Assembly (NCBI RefSeq): GCF_009914755.1
Contig: NC_060942.1
DNA length: 64,000 nt
Origin: the human T2T-CHM13v2.0 reference genome, Homo sapiens
Strand: one strand, 5' to 3'
Both the position numbers and the translations under genes were made by a program. Each line of letters opens with the position of its first letter. Position 1 is the first letter of the stretch. This document shows, piece after piece, positions 1 to 14,558 of the stretch. Below the pieces are notes generated by a model. It was not told the DNA's origin, made no database searches, and saw nothing but the letters and a program-made list of their open reading frames with translations.

Positions 1-1177
1 AACTCAATTCCCAGGCATTTGGCTTTTGTTCCTGGGATTTCCACTGCTTTAGAGAATCCAGCTTTAATGGGCTTCTTTCTGAGAAATTCTCCATTGGTTC
101 TGAGAAGTACTTCTATTGAATGCTCCATTTAATTTCATTTTGCAATTAATGAAACTTTCAAGACCTATTTCCCCTCTTTTGAAAAATTTCTAGTTATTTT
201 TTTCTTGCCTTTTGGGTAATTAGGAGCAGCAAACTACTTCCACTAAGAACTAAAGGCAGTAAGTATGGCAACAAAAATACCAAATGTCAAAACAAATGTC
301 ATTTTCCGAGTTCTGAAACGCCCATCTCTCAGAATTAAAAACATTCCATGTCACCTCTACGGGTCTTTGGTTGCTAGCTCTCAAATGGATTCACGTTCTG
401 ATTTCAGTAAAATTCAACCAAAAGCTTTTAGGGTTTTTAATCTTCCTTGACAAAAATACTTAACCTTCTCCAGCCTGGGAGGTACCGTCTTTTCCTGCCT
501 GTGAAACTCTACCAGTTTGGTAATAAAACAAACCACTAATTTGTTTATTATTCTTAGCCTAAAGATGTTTGCGTGGCTAGCTGAGTACAAATGTACTGTA
601 TCTGCGCTTCTTCTTTTTAAAGTTTTAAACAAATAATCACTGAACAAAATCAGCCAGGAATGATCTTCTGCTCATGGGAACCGTATCCCAACCCAGAACC
701 ACACGCAGAAGAGTGCAGGGCCTCGAGGTCTGTTATCTCACCAAATAACTTTCCCTATGTGGTGAAAAACTGGTTAAATCACTTTTCCAGCGATCCCGGA
801 ATTTTCAGTTCAATTCTATCCCTCCTAAGTCACCAGGGCCTCTTTGGTAATGGATGAAACCATGAAGTTTGGTTCAGAGGAAGCAAAGACACATTCAAAT
901 GTGAGACTCAACTGCTCCCCGAGGATTCTTCCTGCTTCCTAGTTTTAGGTAGATCAAGAGCACTTTTAAAATAAACTTGGCGTTTGTTTCCTATTCCAAT
1001 GGAAAATCTGACTGGAGACTCCACAGCGACAGCAAAGAACCCTTACTTTTCTGGACAATCAAAATCCGGCTTTTGTCACTCTAACTGCAGCAGGTCAGCA
1101 CACAGGGTACCAGTGTGTCCCTGAGCGCGCTGACGAATGGATATGGTGCTGGCAGCCTTGGCCTGGGGGCACTTCTG

Positions 1178-1298
1178 AGGAGCTTTAAAAAATACTAATT
1201 CCTGGGTTCCCCTCTCCAGCCCAGATATTTTTATTAAATTGGTCTGAGATGTGGCCTGGGTGGCAGGATTTATAACACTTCCTGGATGATGTTAATGG
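1178..1298. mobile_element. MER5-family hAT DNA transposon fragment
   Basis: GAGCTTTAAAAAATACT...TTGGTCTG...GGCCTGGG...GATGTTAATG resembles MER5A. Confidence 0.55.
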
Positions 1299-4200
1299 AA
1301 GCCCTTTGAGGTAGAAGAAGGTAGACAGGACTGACTGGGAGCGCATCATCAACCACCTCTGCCTCCCCACTAAGAAGTCTAAGAATACCCCAAAATAGGG
1401 GTGCAGTGGTTGAGGAGAAAAGAGAGGAAGTCACGTATACTTTTGCAGGCTTTCATGCAAGGACCCAAGTGTGTGTGCTAAGCACAGTCCCCAAACAGGG
1501 GACCCCAGAAGTCCTATTCCTAAGATCTGAATTGCACCAAAGGTAGAGAGACTCTTCCTGGGGTTATTTGAAACAAGGCAGACTTTGCCTGGCATGTATG
1601 CGCCAGACCCAGCCTCTGCAGTGCTTATGTGGCAATGCTTAAGCAGCTCCCAGCACTCGACAGGGTACTTTAAACAACTTCATTAGTTTGAAATTTTAAA
1701 TCCAAAAAAAGCTACCTTCAAATGTATGACTCAAGAGCATAAAATTTCAGAGCAGAGAACACCGCCAGGCTAGTAGGTGAAGCATCTTATTTTTAAATGG
1801 CAAGGGGGAACCTTGAGTAAATATTTGGTTGCAATGTATTCCAGGGGTGGGGGGTTTGGACGGAGAGGAACCACTGGTTTTTATTCAAAAATCCTCCTCC
1901 CGCTGGGCCCAGGTCAGGCCTACACAGCTCTGGCTACAGACTGTGAGAATCCTGGAAGGCTCCAGGGGCTGGCTCCCACCATGCTCCACTCCAGCAAGGG
2001 CAGACGCCAGGAAAAAAATGGAAAGGGGGAGTCAGGCATGGAAGGTTTCAGACTTGCTGCAGGCAAAAGGCTGCAGAGCATCCCCAGGGAGCAGAGACCT
2101 CACAACCAGGCTCCCTACCTCGCTGTCCTTCAGGGCCGCCCACAGCTGGCTCACCTGCAGCTGCACCACCCAAGAGACAGAGACAGGCTCACACGCAGCA
2201 GCTGGAGAGAAGGGGCTGGAATAAGGATTCTTTCTAAACGGAAAAATAAAGATCACTGGGGGAACTTCTCGCCCATCCAGCAGTTTGTGTGTACTCAGCT
2301 CCCCTGGCAGGGAATGAGGGCCCGTTGTTCCCTGCTGAAGACCATTGCCCTGGAGATGGGATGGGTGGGAAGAAAAATGTCAGTAGGGGCTCTGTCCTTG
2401 CTACCTTCTCTCTCTGGCTGACCTCTGGAATTCTCTTTCTGGCTGACCTCTGAAACTGAGTTCTGGGAACGGAAGGGGACCTTGTGATGCTCCCAACATC
2501 TCCCCAAGAATGCACGCCCTTAGTTGGAGCTGTAGCTAGGTAAGGAGTCAGCTGCAAACTGCACCCTCCCCACAATCTTGTGACAGGGGAACATATGCAA
2601 ATATGAGATGGGTCACTGCCGGGGAGGTACTGGATGGGGGATGTGTTCAGGAGGCTTCTGCCAGCCATGGACTGAACATATGTCAGCCATGTGGTACGGT
2701 TCTTACACAAAAACAGAATCCTGAGTTTGGTTTCACAAACAGGCTCATCTCCTCTCATCTCTGAGTGTGTAGCGGGAGAGGGTGCACCGTTTCCATGCAG
2801 GGCAAATCTGTCTGCATGGGGCTGGGGGTTCTGCATCTCAGCATGGGTTTGGAAAGTACTAGAAGTGCATCTCACTCAACTTGATTTAGCAAGCATGTCT
2901 TTGTGGTCCATGGCTTGTGTTGGCAACTTAAATTTGACAGCACACAAACTATGTGATGGTGATGGAGGGGCAGGTATAGCAACGTCCAGTTTCCCACCTC
3001 CAGGTAGTGGCATTCTCCCTGTCCTTTCTGCAACAGCAGCCTGGGAGGTTTTCAATGCCCTTACTTCTCCTGGGTATATCTGAACTATGTCCTGCTCTTA
3101 TACACATAAAAGGGTCACTTGAGGAGCTTTGGCCATATGGCAGCTGTTTGGAAACAGGCTGCCTGATGCATTGACAACCACAAGAAATCTGGAAGAGTAA
3201 AACCTGCCCCATAGCTGGCATGCTACTTGTACATTAAAATGAGAGCATAATGTAAAAGAAATGCCTTAACACTTCCTTCACTAGGTTCAAACTTGCTGTG
3301 ATTATTTAGGAATTCATTTCATTTAACCAAATATGAATTGAGCACCTTTTACACAGTTGGGGGCAGGGGTGTCCAAACAGACATGAATAATTATGATACA
3401 AAACCTATTGTATATATACACAGAAAATGGATGTAGACACAAAATGAATAAACATGAAATGAATGTAGACAAAGGATAGGTTAATTTTCATTGAAGGGGA
3501 GGCAGGAGGGTTCAACAAAGGAGTTGAACGTAGCTGGGACGTAAGATTAGGGCAGGAGTAGGGGCGAGGATTGGGAGCAGAAAGTAAGGAGGACAGAGAA
3601 CTTTAATGGGAGGTAGACTGGAAAGTGGGCTGGTGCCAGCCCTGAAGGTCAGCTGTACACCAAACTCTGTAGCTTGGTATACAATGACCTCTGAGCCAAC
3701 CTTCAGGGCTGGCATTCTGAAGGTCATTGAAGGGGAGGTAGGAGGATTTGGTTTGCGGCAGTTTCCAGGTGAGAGGCAAGAAGTAAGGAGAGAAGGCAGA
3801 GATGGCACAGGATGGTGGGAAGGGAGTCCTTGGTGCCCAATCTCTGCCAGGCAGGGTCCTATCTTGCTACCCCATGATCCCCACATGATGATTGCATGGA
3901 GCAGATGTCATTATCCCCATTGCAGATCTGGGTCTCCTGGGTCCCTCCTCAAAATAAGACCCATTCAAAAGACACCTCCTACAACACGGGTCTGAACTAC
4001 AGGTCTCCCGAGGCCACTATGGAAGGATACTGGCACTCATTCAACAGCAAAACTGTCCCAAAACATCTTCTGTAGACATCTGTCCCTCTCCAGCGTTTTG
4101 CTTCTTGTGGCAGCTGTTCTCTTTTCTCCGTCTCTCACTTCTCTCTCTACTACCCCCTTCTTGGATCCCTTTTCTCACAAGAGCTCTAGGCCACCATTTC

Positions 4201-4477
4201 TTACTCAGAGTGACTTCCTGCTTCTCTGATCTGCCCATCAGTTGCCCCAGTTAGCAAGATGAAGGGTCCTCCTCAGGAACCAACCTCCTTAGAAAGTATT
4301 AGAATTCTGTATGCTCCTTATTTTATACTCTGGCTGGGTCACATTCTAACAAGGAAACTGAAGCTTGGAGAAACTAAGTGTTTCTCAAGGTGCTCAACAG
4401 AGTTGTTTTAGGAAGATAAATGGCATTGACGAAGAGGATGGATGGGCTGGGAACAGGTGCTGAAAGAGAAGGATACC

Positions 4478-4730
4478 AATCTATGACATTTTGGAAAATA
4501 CAAAACTCTAGGGATATAGAAGAGAAGAGAAGTTGCCAGGGCTAAGGGTTAGGGGGTGGCGGGCAGTTTGAGTACAAACTCTCATCATGAAATATGTTTG
4601 GGGGGTGACTGACCTGTTCTGTATACTGATTAGAGTAGTGGTTACCTCTCTGTTCATTTATCAAAACCCACAAAGCTACACAAAAATGATGAATTTTACT
4701 GTAGGTAAACTTAAGAATAATTTTTGAAAT
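4478..4730 (+). mobile_element. Old L1 (L1M) 3' end fragment
   Basis: TATGACATTTTGGAAAA...GTTGCCAGGG...GAATTTTACTGTA, typical of L1M 3'UTR. Confidence 0.65.
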
Positions 4731-6549
4731 GACAGGAAGACTGGCTAGGAGGTTACAGCATATGCAAGAAGGAATGAGAGGTTGAATTAGAGCAGCAGCA
4801 GCAGCAGGATAAAAAAATAATAAAATAATTTTAAAAACCTAAAAACCAGAGATCTAGGGAAGAGAGACTTTTAGAAGCAGGATTCAGATATGTGGGGAGT
4901 ATGAGTGAAGAACTCAGATATGCAGACTTTCAGGGCTGGAAAGAATCTTAAGAGATGATCCAGGAAAGCTCTATCTCACAGATGAGAAAACCAAGTTGAA
5001 AATGATTTAAGAGTTTGGGGCTCTGTCTGGGTGGACAGTGATATCATTAAGCAGACAGAACAGACATAGATGAGCAGGCGAGAGGAGGAAGTTGATGAGT
5101 TCATTTTGGACATTTTGATTTTGGAACATTTATGTCACCAAGATTTCTTTTTTTAGTTTTTAGGAATTTGAAAACAAAATTGTTGGGTTTTGGCATTGAG
5201 TGCAATATCTTTCCACAAATACTGTTTCATTACAGCTACAATGAAAAAGAACTTTGAATACAGATCCCTACATGAAGATGACACATTAGCTTCTTCTGAG
5301 TTGTTTTTGTTTTGTGACTTTCCTTCAGCATCACAAAGAGGGAATGACACTGACCCAGCAAAGATTTTAGGCACATTATCCATTAACATACTTGCCACGA
5401 ACACTACCATATTTTCATGTGTTTATATAACAAAGCTTTTCCTTCCTTATTAAAAACAATACAAATCAAGCTTTGAAAAGCAGTTGTTTTCCATTCTTAC
5501 TGATGCTAGGCTATAATTCACTGCTGTTTTGTTTTCGTTTTAGAATATTTAGCAAGCAACCAAGGGAAGATGGGCATTGACTTGCTATTAGTCAGTAGGC
5601 ACAGCCTAGTGAAAGTTTCCATGCTGCACATAGGGCTGAAATCAAGGAGTCTTTTGTCCATATTTCAGAGCAACTTGGAAAATGATTTGGTTCAGCAGTC
5701 AAGGGGAGAAAAGAAGTAGAGTTTTCAACACCATCACAGCCATTGGGATATGCAACCAATTTTAAGAATCAGAAACTCAAGTTGCAAACTACCAAGAAAG
5801 CATAATGTTCTTGGCAGCAAAGTTTAATCACAGAAGAACAACATAAATATAAAGCTAATAGTATTTACAATAACTGTCTACTGTTTCTTTAAGAGCTGAG
5901 TAAAGTGAATGCAAAGATGGTGAGTCTAAGGAAGAATCTAGAATGCTGGCACATTTAGGCAGGGATCTTGTTTTGCTTGCTGATAAACCTACATGCGTAG
6001 CACAGTGCCTGGCACATAATAGGCTCTCAATATGTAATTGTTGAATGAATGAATGAATGAAGCTAGGAGAGAAGTGAACAAGTAAAGTAAGAGATAGCAA
6101 AGCCACCATACTTCATTCATCCATTCAGCAAATGTTACTGAGCTCTTACTAATGTGAGGCCTTTTTTTAAGGCATGGTGGTGGATATACACAAGCCTAAA
6201 ATAACAACTTAGAAAACAGCCCCGGGCCTCAACATGTTTATAACCTGGAAGAGGAAGAAGGAAAAGTATAGCAAACATTTGTATATCAAAGTAATATCAA
6301 AGAGCATGTGACAAGGCCTGGAAAAATGGCACAAAAAAAAAGAAAAAGGCTGAAAAGGTGGTAAAGATTTAGAAATCAGCGGGGTCACTCCCAACAGGGA
6401 TACTGTCATCCTGAAGGTGAGATCAGATCTGGGCCTTAAGGGATGGAGAATTCTGATGGGAACAGAATACTCTGGGATGTAAAAACAGCAGGAAAAAGAT
6501 CCCCAGAACAGAGAAGGCAGGGCGGGTTCAGAGCATAGCAATCTTGCTA

Positions 6550-6978
<429 letters not shown>

Positions 6979-9900
6979 TTAATTAAATCATCACAAAGTA
7001 TAAGATAAACTGGAGTGCGGAGAAACTGGAGCAGGTGAATGAATTCCCCTAGGGAAGAGTTAAGAAGGTGGTGGCAGCAAGACCAGTGAGGGAGGAATGG
7101 AGGGCAGTGAAGGATGCTGGGCTCAAAAACCTGAGCAGAAGCTGGAAGAATGCACCCTAGGTTTTGAGCCTGGGTGATCGGAATAGTGATGAGAGCAGGA
7201 AGAGAAGCTGTTGAGTCCAAGAAAGGTTTTGGAGGGATGACGATGAGTTTAGTCTTGGATTAAATATTTTGATTATGTGTTTAATTTGAACTGCCAACAG
7301 GAAGTCCAGATAGAAAGGGTCATCAGGAAATAGTATATAAGCAGAACTGGAATTTGCAGAAATACCCATTTGAGAATCAGCTGCATACAGACGATACGGA
7401 AGCTGTGGGGATGAAAAAGGTCCCGCACAAGAGAATCAGGAAAAAAAAAGTGAGACAATGAGTCAAGACAGACAGTATTAAAGGAACTTCCCAACCATTT
7501 GCTCAATGTAAAAATGGAAATGAGGCGAGGTTTGTTCCCTTAGAACATGTTTTTCACAGCAAAAGAGAATTCATTCCTAAAACTGGTTTTTATCTCGAGC
7601 TAAAGAAAACACCTTAACACTCCATTCATAGTAAGGACCATCACAGTAATCCTGTGTGACAAAGCTCAGGATAAATGCCATGGCAGGAATTTCACTTGAA
7701 TGAGATAGCAGGATGGAAGGAAGGAAACAGGAGCCCTTGCTTTGGAGAGATCACCTTTCATGGGCTCAGTTCAGGCTTCACTCAGCAGGAAAAAAATCTG
7801 CAAGGCTTAAATAAGTACTTCTATTTGGTAGAAGGCAATGGAAAAGAATAACCTAATTCATTTAATCTGCAGTTGCCACAGATACAAAAACAAGAGAAGA
7901 TATGAACACTGTGTGGGCCGAATGTTTCTTTCCTACTCCCACCCTCATCCCACTCGGCCCTCTTTCCCAGGTCATTATCAACATATTTCAAAAGCCTCCG
8001 AGATGGTGATAAAGCGGCTCACCATCTGTGAACTCCTCCTCCACAGAAGAGTGATAGGTCTCAAGAACAAACCTTCCTACCTTAGCATGGAACAAAAGCC
8101 TGACTTCAACACCCGGCACCCACAGCTGTTTTCCACGAATAGAAAGAACACAGCCAACCCAACTGGCTCTTTGAAGGTACGCCATCCTTTTCCTGTGGCC
8201 TAATTTATGCTGCAGATTGAAAAGTGCAAAAAAGCAAAAAATGGATAAGGTTTTCACAAGAGTTACTTAGTAGATGCTGATTTTCTTCCAATATCAAATG
8301 CTTGAGGCGCATATGATTGGCTTCCATTTCTCTGTATTTGTCGAAAGAATCTCTAAATTGTTCCCCAAATGAATTATTATTTTGACTGGGGACACTGAAG
8401 TTCACGGTTATTTTTAAAAACTACATTTTGCAAAAAGTTATCACTCTTCTTACCAAAGATTCACAATACGGTGTTGATGGGAACGTGACCTAGTTGGACA
8501 GCTACCTTCAGATATGCCTGATGCCCTTCAACAGGTCATCATTTGCACTAGAAACCAATACTCATCAAGTGTCAACAGGTCCACAGCCCCGTCCTGAATC
8601 ATTCAGAGGAAGTTAAATACAAGAGTTTGCAATTTAAACCAAAGTGTACCATCCCAATCTGTAAAAGACTCGGGAACACATGAAAGAGTACAAAGATAAA
8701 GCAAATAGCCTTGAGTTACTTAGTTTAGTTGGAACTATTTTTGTCACACTATCAACCGAGGCCCTGGAGTACTCATGAGTATTTCTTTTTTTTTTTTTCT
8801 CAATAAAGCGGGAAAAAATGCTGAAAGAATTTTTTAGATGTATTCCTTTCTTGTGTTGGAAAGATAATCTTACTGAAACAGGAATGGAATCTAGCTTATG
8901 TCTCTCTTTCCTATTCTTAGAATCCTAAACAAAGAAATGAATGTCTACAAGGTGGTTTGGGGAAACAGTTAGAAGATTCCCATGGGAAGCAAGTTAAATT
9001 GAGAGTCCAAGAAGACTAGAAACCACTTTATATCAGTGCTGGGCTCACAGGAGAGCTAGGTGATAGGAGAAAGGGCCAGTGATGTGGACAGATCATGATA
9101 GTGACAGTGAAGAGAGTCCAGGTAAGACCTAACGAATGACTTAATAGATCAACTGGAGTGGTTTTAGTGGATAGGTTTGCATGTTTCTAACGACACAGAA
9201 ACCTACAAAATAGTTCACTGGTTTTCAGAAAAATACTGGAAGGATTCATCACAAACTCCTAGCCCCAGCCAACCCCAGTGCAAAAAAAAAAAAAAAAAAA
9301 AATCATGCCCAATCCTTCAAAAGATTCATATGTGCAGGGTTATTACTCTAGACATCAGCTTGCCTGGGACCATCCTGGCCTACCCTATTGTCCCAGAATA
9401 ATGATTAATAACAAGTGTCTCAGCTTGGATGAGACATGTTATGATCATCTTAGATATGAAAGAATGGCAATCTAATAGGTTAATGAATATCAAGACAAAA
9501 TACCTTTAGAAAGGCTTTCCTTTCTAATTGTGGTTCCAGACTTTATACAGCGCACTCACACGTACCATGCTAGCTGGGATCTGCACTCTGGTAATAGAAA
9601 GGGGGGGCTTGCGCACAGAAGGAAATGGGTTCATGTTGGCACCACCCAGGTGCTCAGCAAATGGACAGCAAATAAACCGTCGTTGAAGAAAGGCAATGAA
9701 AGAACCCTCTTCACCAATGTCTTGAATGAATGGTTCTTCAGCCATGACACATCGTACTGAGGAATGGCTTAACAGTTCTCCTTGATTCTGGGAGTGAAAT
9801 AAGTATGGGGGTAAAGAGCATCAGGAAGACTCCCACTGCAGGAAACCCTGTGAAGAAAGTGCTGAAGAAAGCGCTCTCCCACCACGCATTAGGGAAGGAG

Positions 9901-11445
9901 CTCAGGAGCTCTCTGCCAACTGCAGTAGGCACGGGCCCAGAGACAGAAGATTTCTGTGGTCTGGGCACCCTTCCTGCTGCTGCAGGTGATGAGTAATAAT
10001 AGCGACGGCTCTCATGTCACAACCTGGTGGCCGCTGGACCCTCACTTTGGTTGGAGGGTGTGTCCCCACAGGGGAAGTTCACAAGAGCCAAGCTGGGCTC
10101 TGAGCTTCATGCAACGTGCAAGATGTGCACCAAGACGACCTCACCCCTGGCTGGACTCAGCCCCGGGACAACACTCCCACCCCACAGAGCCCAGCCAGGT
10201 TCTCAGTGGCCCCAAGATAGCACACAAGCAGCTGGGATGGGAAAACAAGGTTTAGTAATATGAAACCAAAATACTCCTCCAGCCTGACTGCACTGCCCAG
10301 GATGAAATTCTCTCTAATTCCACTGAACATCTTAAACCAAAACATATTCAAACCCTGAACATCAGCAGCACTCGTACTTCTCTTTTTTGGGGCTGTGAAG
10401 GGAGGGTGGAGTGCTGCAACAGAATAACAATTTTCAGCATAGGAAAATCCCCAATATGCAGGTTGTCACCTGCTTGATCTATTTTCCTCCCAACCAAGTT
10501 AAGCAATCACCAACAGTTCTCTATGAGATATCTTCCACTGAGATTAAAGGAACGACCAGCAAGAAACAGTGTATGTGTTGTGGTAGTGTGAGTGTGGGTT
10601 TTCAAATGGGTACATTCCTAGAAGACGGGACAGCAGGCTCTGAGGAGGCAGCTTTGTGGAAGAGACTGGGGTGTCCAGAGGACCTTGGATATCTGGAATA
10701 CTCACATATGGTGCTTGTTCTGGGGCTGGGGGGAGACAAGTACATATAGAAATATCATAACCAGTTTTCTCCAGTAAATACACCAAAACAAAGGAAAATG
10801 GGATCAAAGTATAGCCAGCAACGTGAAAAGTCCCATTTCAAAATCTAAAGTAAGATTCCAAAATAGAACATGTTTTAACAGAGTATGTAAATTTATGGAA
10901 ACACTTCCTCACCCGGCTCCTGATCTTTTATAGGTACCTCTCATGCAACAGTTCAGCTTTAAATCTTTTTTAGGAAGCAGCTGGCTACCAGAGATCTTCA
11001 CTCCTGTGCTTTTTTTCTCTTTTTTTTTTTGCAAATCTAGCATCTCCTTTCCATGTGATGCACTATGCTTGGAGCTGGCAGAGCAAAAGCCTGTCATTCT
11101 TAAAACATGAAGAGAATAATTCAGCGCCTTATTTTGTGATCACAGAGAATGCAATTAATACTTTGGCTGCCTTGGTATGTAGACCAAACCTTCTGCCACA
11201 GTGTTTTGCAGTGCTGTTGTCCAGGGCAGCTCTGCCAATCTTTTCATTCCAACAGAAACGATGCCAGACTTCTCGGTGCTAAGCAAAGTATAATGAGGCG
11301 GAAGAGGTGGCTGGAACCCTCAGTGAGGGAATGTGCTCCTGGGATGATTCTCTACAAAATACAAAGCTATCTCAAGATCCAATAGCTTTTGTATCCCTGC
11401 ATTTACGAAACCCAATTAAAATAAATTCTTTAAAAAGAAAAAGTA

Positions 11446-11760
<315 letters not shown>

Positions 11761-11937
11761 TTATGTCATTCATCCATGGTCCAAAAGCTTTTTAATTCAT
11801 AGAAGGTATAAGACAGGGAAAATCCTTCTAAACCGAGAACATGCAGTGATTTACTAAATCATATGAGCAATGTTGGAGAATTACTATCTGTGTAACACTA
11901 GACTCTGAAGATAGGAGATAAGAAATAATTATAATTT

Positions 11938-12230
11938 GGCTGAGTTCGGTGGCTTACACCTGTAATCCCAGAACTTTGGGAGGCCAAGGTGGGTGGATCA
12001 CGAGGTCAAGACCAGCCTGGCCAAGACGGTGAAACCCCCATCTCTACTGAAAATACCAAAAAAAAAAAAAAAAAATTAGCCAGGCATGGTGGCGAGTGCC
12101 TATAGTCCCAGCTACTCAGGAGGCTGGGGCAGAGAACTGCTTGAACCTGGGAGGCAGAGGTTGCAGTGAGCCGAGATTGTGCCACTGCATTCCAGCCTGG
12201 GAGACAGAGCGAGACTCCATCTCAAAAAAA
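11938..12230 (+). mobile_element. Alu with an expanded middle A tract
   Basis: Alu consensus, followed by (AAT)n(ATT)n. Confidence 0.95.
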
Positions 12231-13367
12231 GATAATAATAGTAATAATTATTATTATTATTATAATTCATAGAAAGTGTAGGGACAAGGAGAACAGAGAG
12301 AACCAAGAAAGACAAGTAGGTATAAATGTTTTTAGATATTATACTACAATATGTATGTATTGGCTATAGTTGCAAAGAAATCCTAGACCCAACTTGTGTC
12401 TGTCAAGGGCCAAGTGAATGGTCCAGGCCAATGATCTCATTTGCCATAGACCTCAGTGCCCCCAGCACATCAGACAGCAGAAAGAGCAGCAGTGAGAAGC
12501 AAAACCTTTATACCATCATTGATAGCTTATTAATACGATTCTTGCTGATTCTCTGGCCTTCGAAACTCATAGAATCACAAAATGTTAGTGAGGGACCCTG
12601 TAACTCAACTTCCCCATTTGCAGATGAAGAAATGAAAGCTCAGAAGAGTATATGACATGCCCAAACAGCAAGTGCCTGGCGGGTCAGAAGAATACAACCC
12701 AAGGCCCGTTGCCCTAAATGTCCTCAACAACTACACAGCTCTCACCCATATCCACCTCCTCTTCTTGATCAATTCTCTCTTCTTCCTTAGAACTGCACCT
12801 CCCCAACCTTTTTCCTAAGCCATCCCCAATGCTGGGTGACTACCTGGGTTGGATCCCTTGCCTCTTTGGTCCAGGGTACCTGCCTTGTCCTTCCATCCCT
12901 CAAGGACTAAACCCAGTCTCAGGATTTTCTGACAGGTGGGATCCACCAACCTTGCTCCACGCTGCCAGGAATTTTCCCTAACAGTAGTTGACTCCCAACA
13001 GAAGAAAACGCCCCCTGGTTGTGACCACATGCTTGTCTCACCCTGACCCTGCCCTTCCCCAATGGGCCTCAAAATTCAGCAAGTCTTACCTTTACACTGA
13101 ATATCCACTATAGGCTTTGATTACTGTGTTTTATTAGCCAGCTGCAGAGCATGTTTGTGTGTATTTACATACACATGCACACAGAAATACTTCTAAGTGG
13201 GCTGTGTTCTATCATCTTTGGTACAGAAATAAAAGTAAATATTTCCATGCATAAATTTTAGTGTATTTTTAATAGACACTAGAATAGAAGTCGAAAGTTC
13301 TATTTCCAACCTTCCCAACCCAGCTGTAATGGTCCAGCCTGGCAAGAGTTAGAAACTACTGAAGTCC

Positions 13368-13663
13368 TTTTTTTTGAGACAAGGTCTCACTCTGTCATCC
13401 AGGCTGGAGTGGAGTGGCACAATCATGGCTCACTGCAGCCTCAACCTCCCATCTCAGCCTCAAGGGATCCTCCCATCTCAGCCTCCCAAGCAGCTGAAAC
13501 TACAGGCACACGCCACCATGATTGGCTTAATTGTTTTGTGTTTTGTAGAGGCAGGGTTTTGCTAAGTTGCTCAAGCTAGTCTTGAACACCTGGGCTCAAG
13601 TGATCCTCCAGCCTCGGTCTCCCACAGTGCGGGGATTACAGGCATGAGCCACCACGTCCACCC
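13368..13663 (-). mobile_element. AluJ-like element
   Basis: Reverse Alu; 15-bp target-site duplication (TSD) AGAAACTACTGAAGT at 13351 and 13664. Confidence 0.93.
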
Positions 13664-13958
13664 AGAAACTACTGAAGTTTTATTCTTGGCTTAACTCTTA
13701 GGGCAGGCTGGCAACAGTGACCTCTTACACTTCAGTATGCTCACCTGTAAAAGTATGGTGAGGCCTTCCCTGCCCAGCTCAGCAGACTGACAATGGGAGC
13801 CACAAGAACATGAATATGAATGAACTTTAAAAAGGGCTACACAACTGTAGCTCATTGAAGAAAAAAGGAAAGGTCTTTCTATCCTCCTATATAGTAATAT
13901 CCAACTATGGGAATAAAAAGGTGACCACATTGTGCAATAAATGGTTAGCAGTCTAGAC

Positions 13959-14558
<600 letters not shown>

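Noticed and set aside
1777-2875. 214-aa and 213-aa ORFs in intron 2
   Set aside because: No recognisable homology or splice structure; compatible with chance in a GC-richer patch.
9282-9302. Isolated 21-nt poly-A run as a possible processed pseudogene tail
   Set aside because: No upstream retroposed body or TSD could be identified.
12231-12267. (AAT)n(ATT)n palindrome after an Alu
   Set aside because: Explained by microsatellite expansion of the Alu tail and TSD; short and common.
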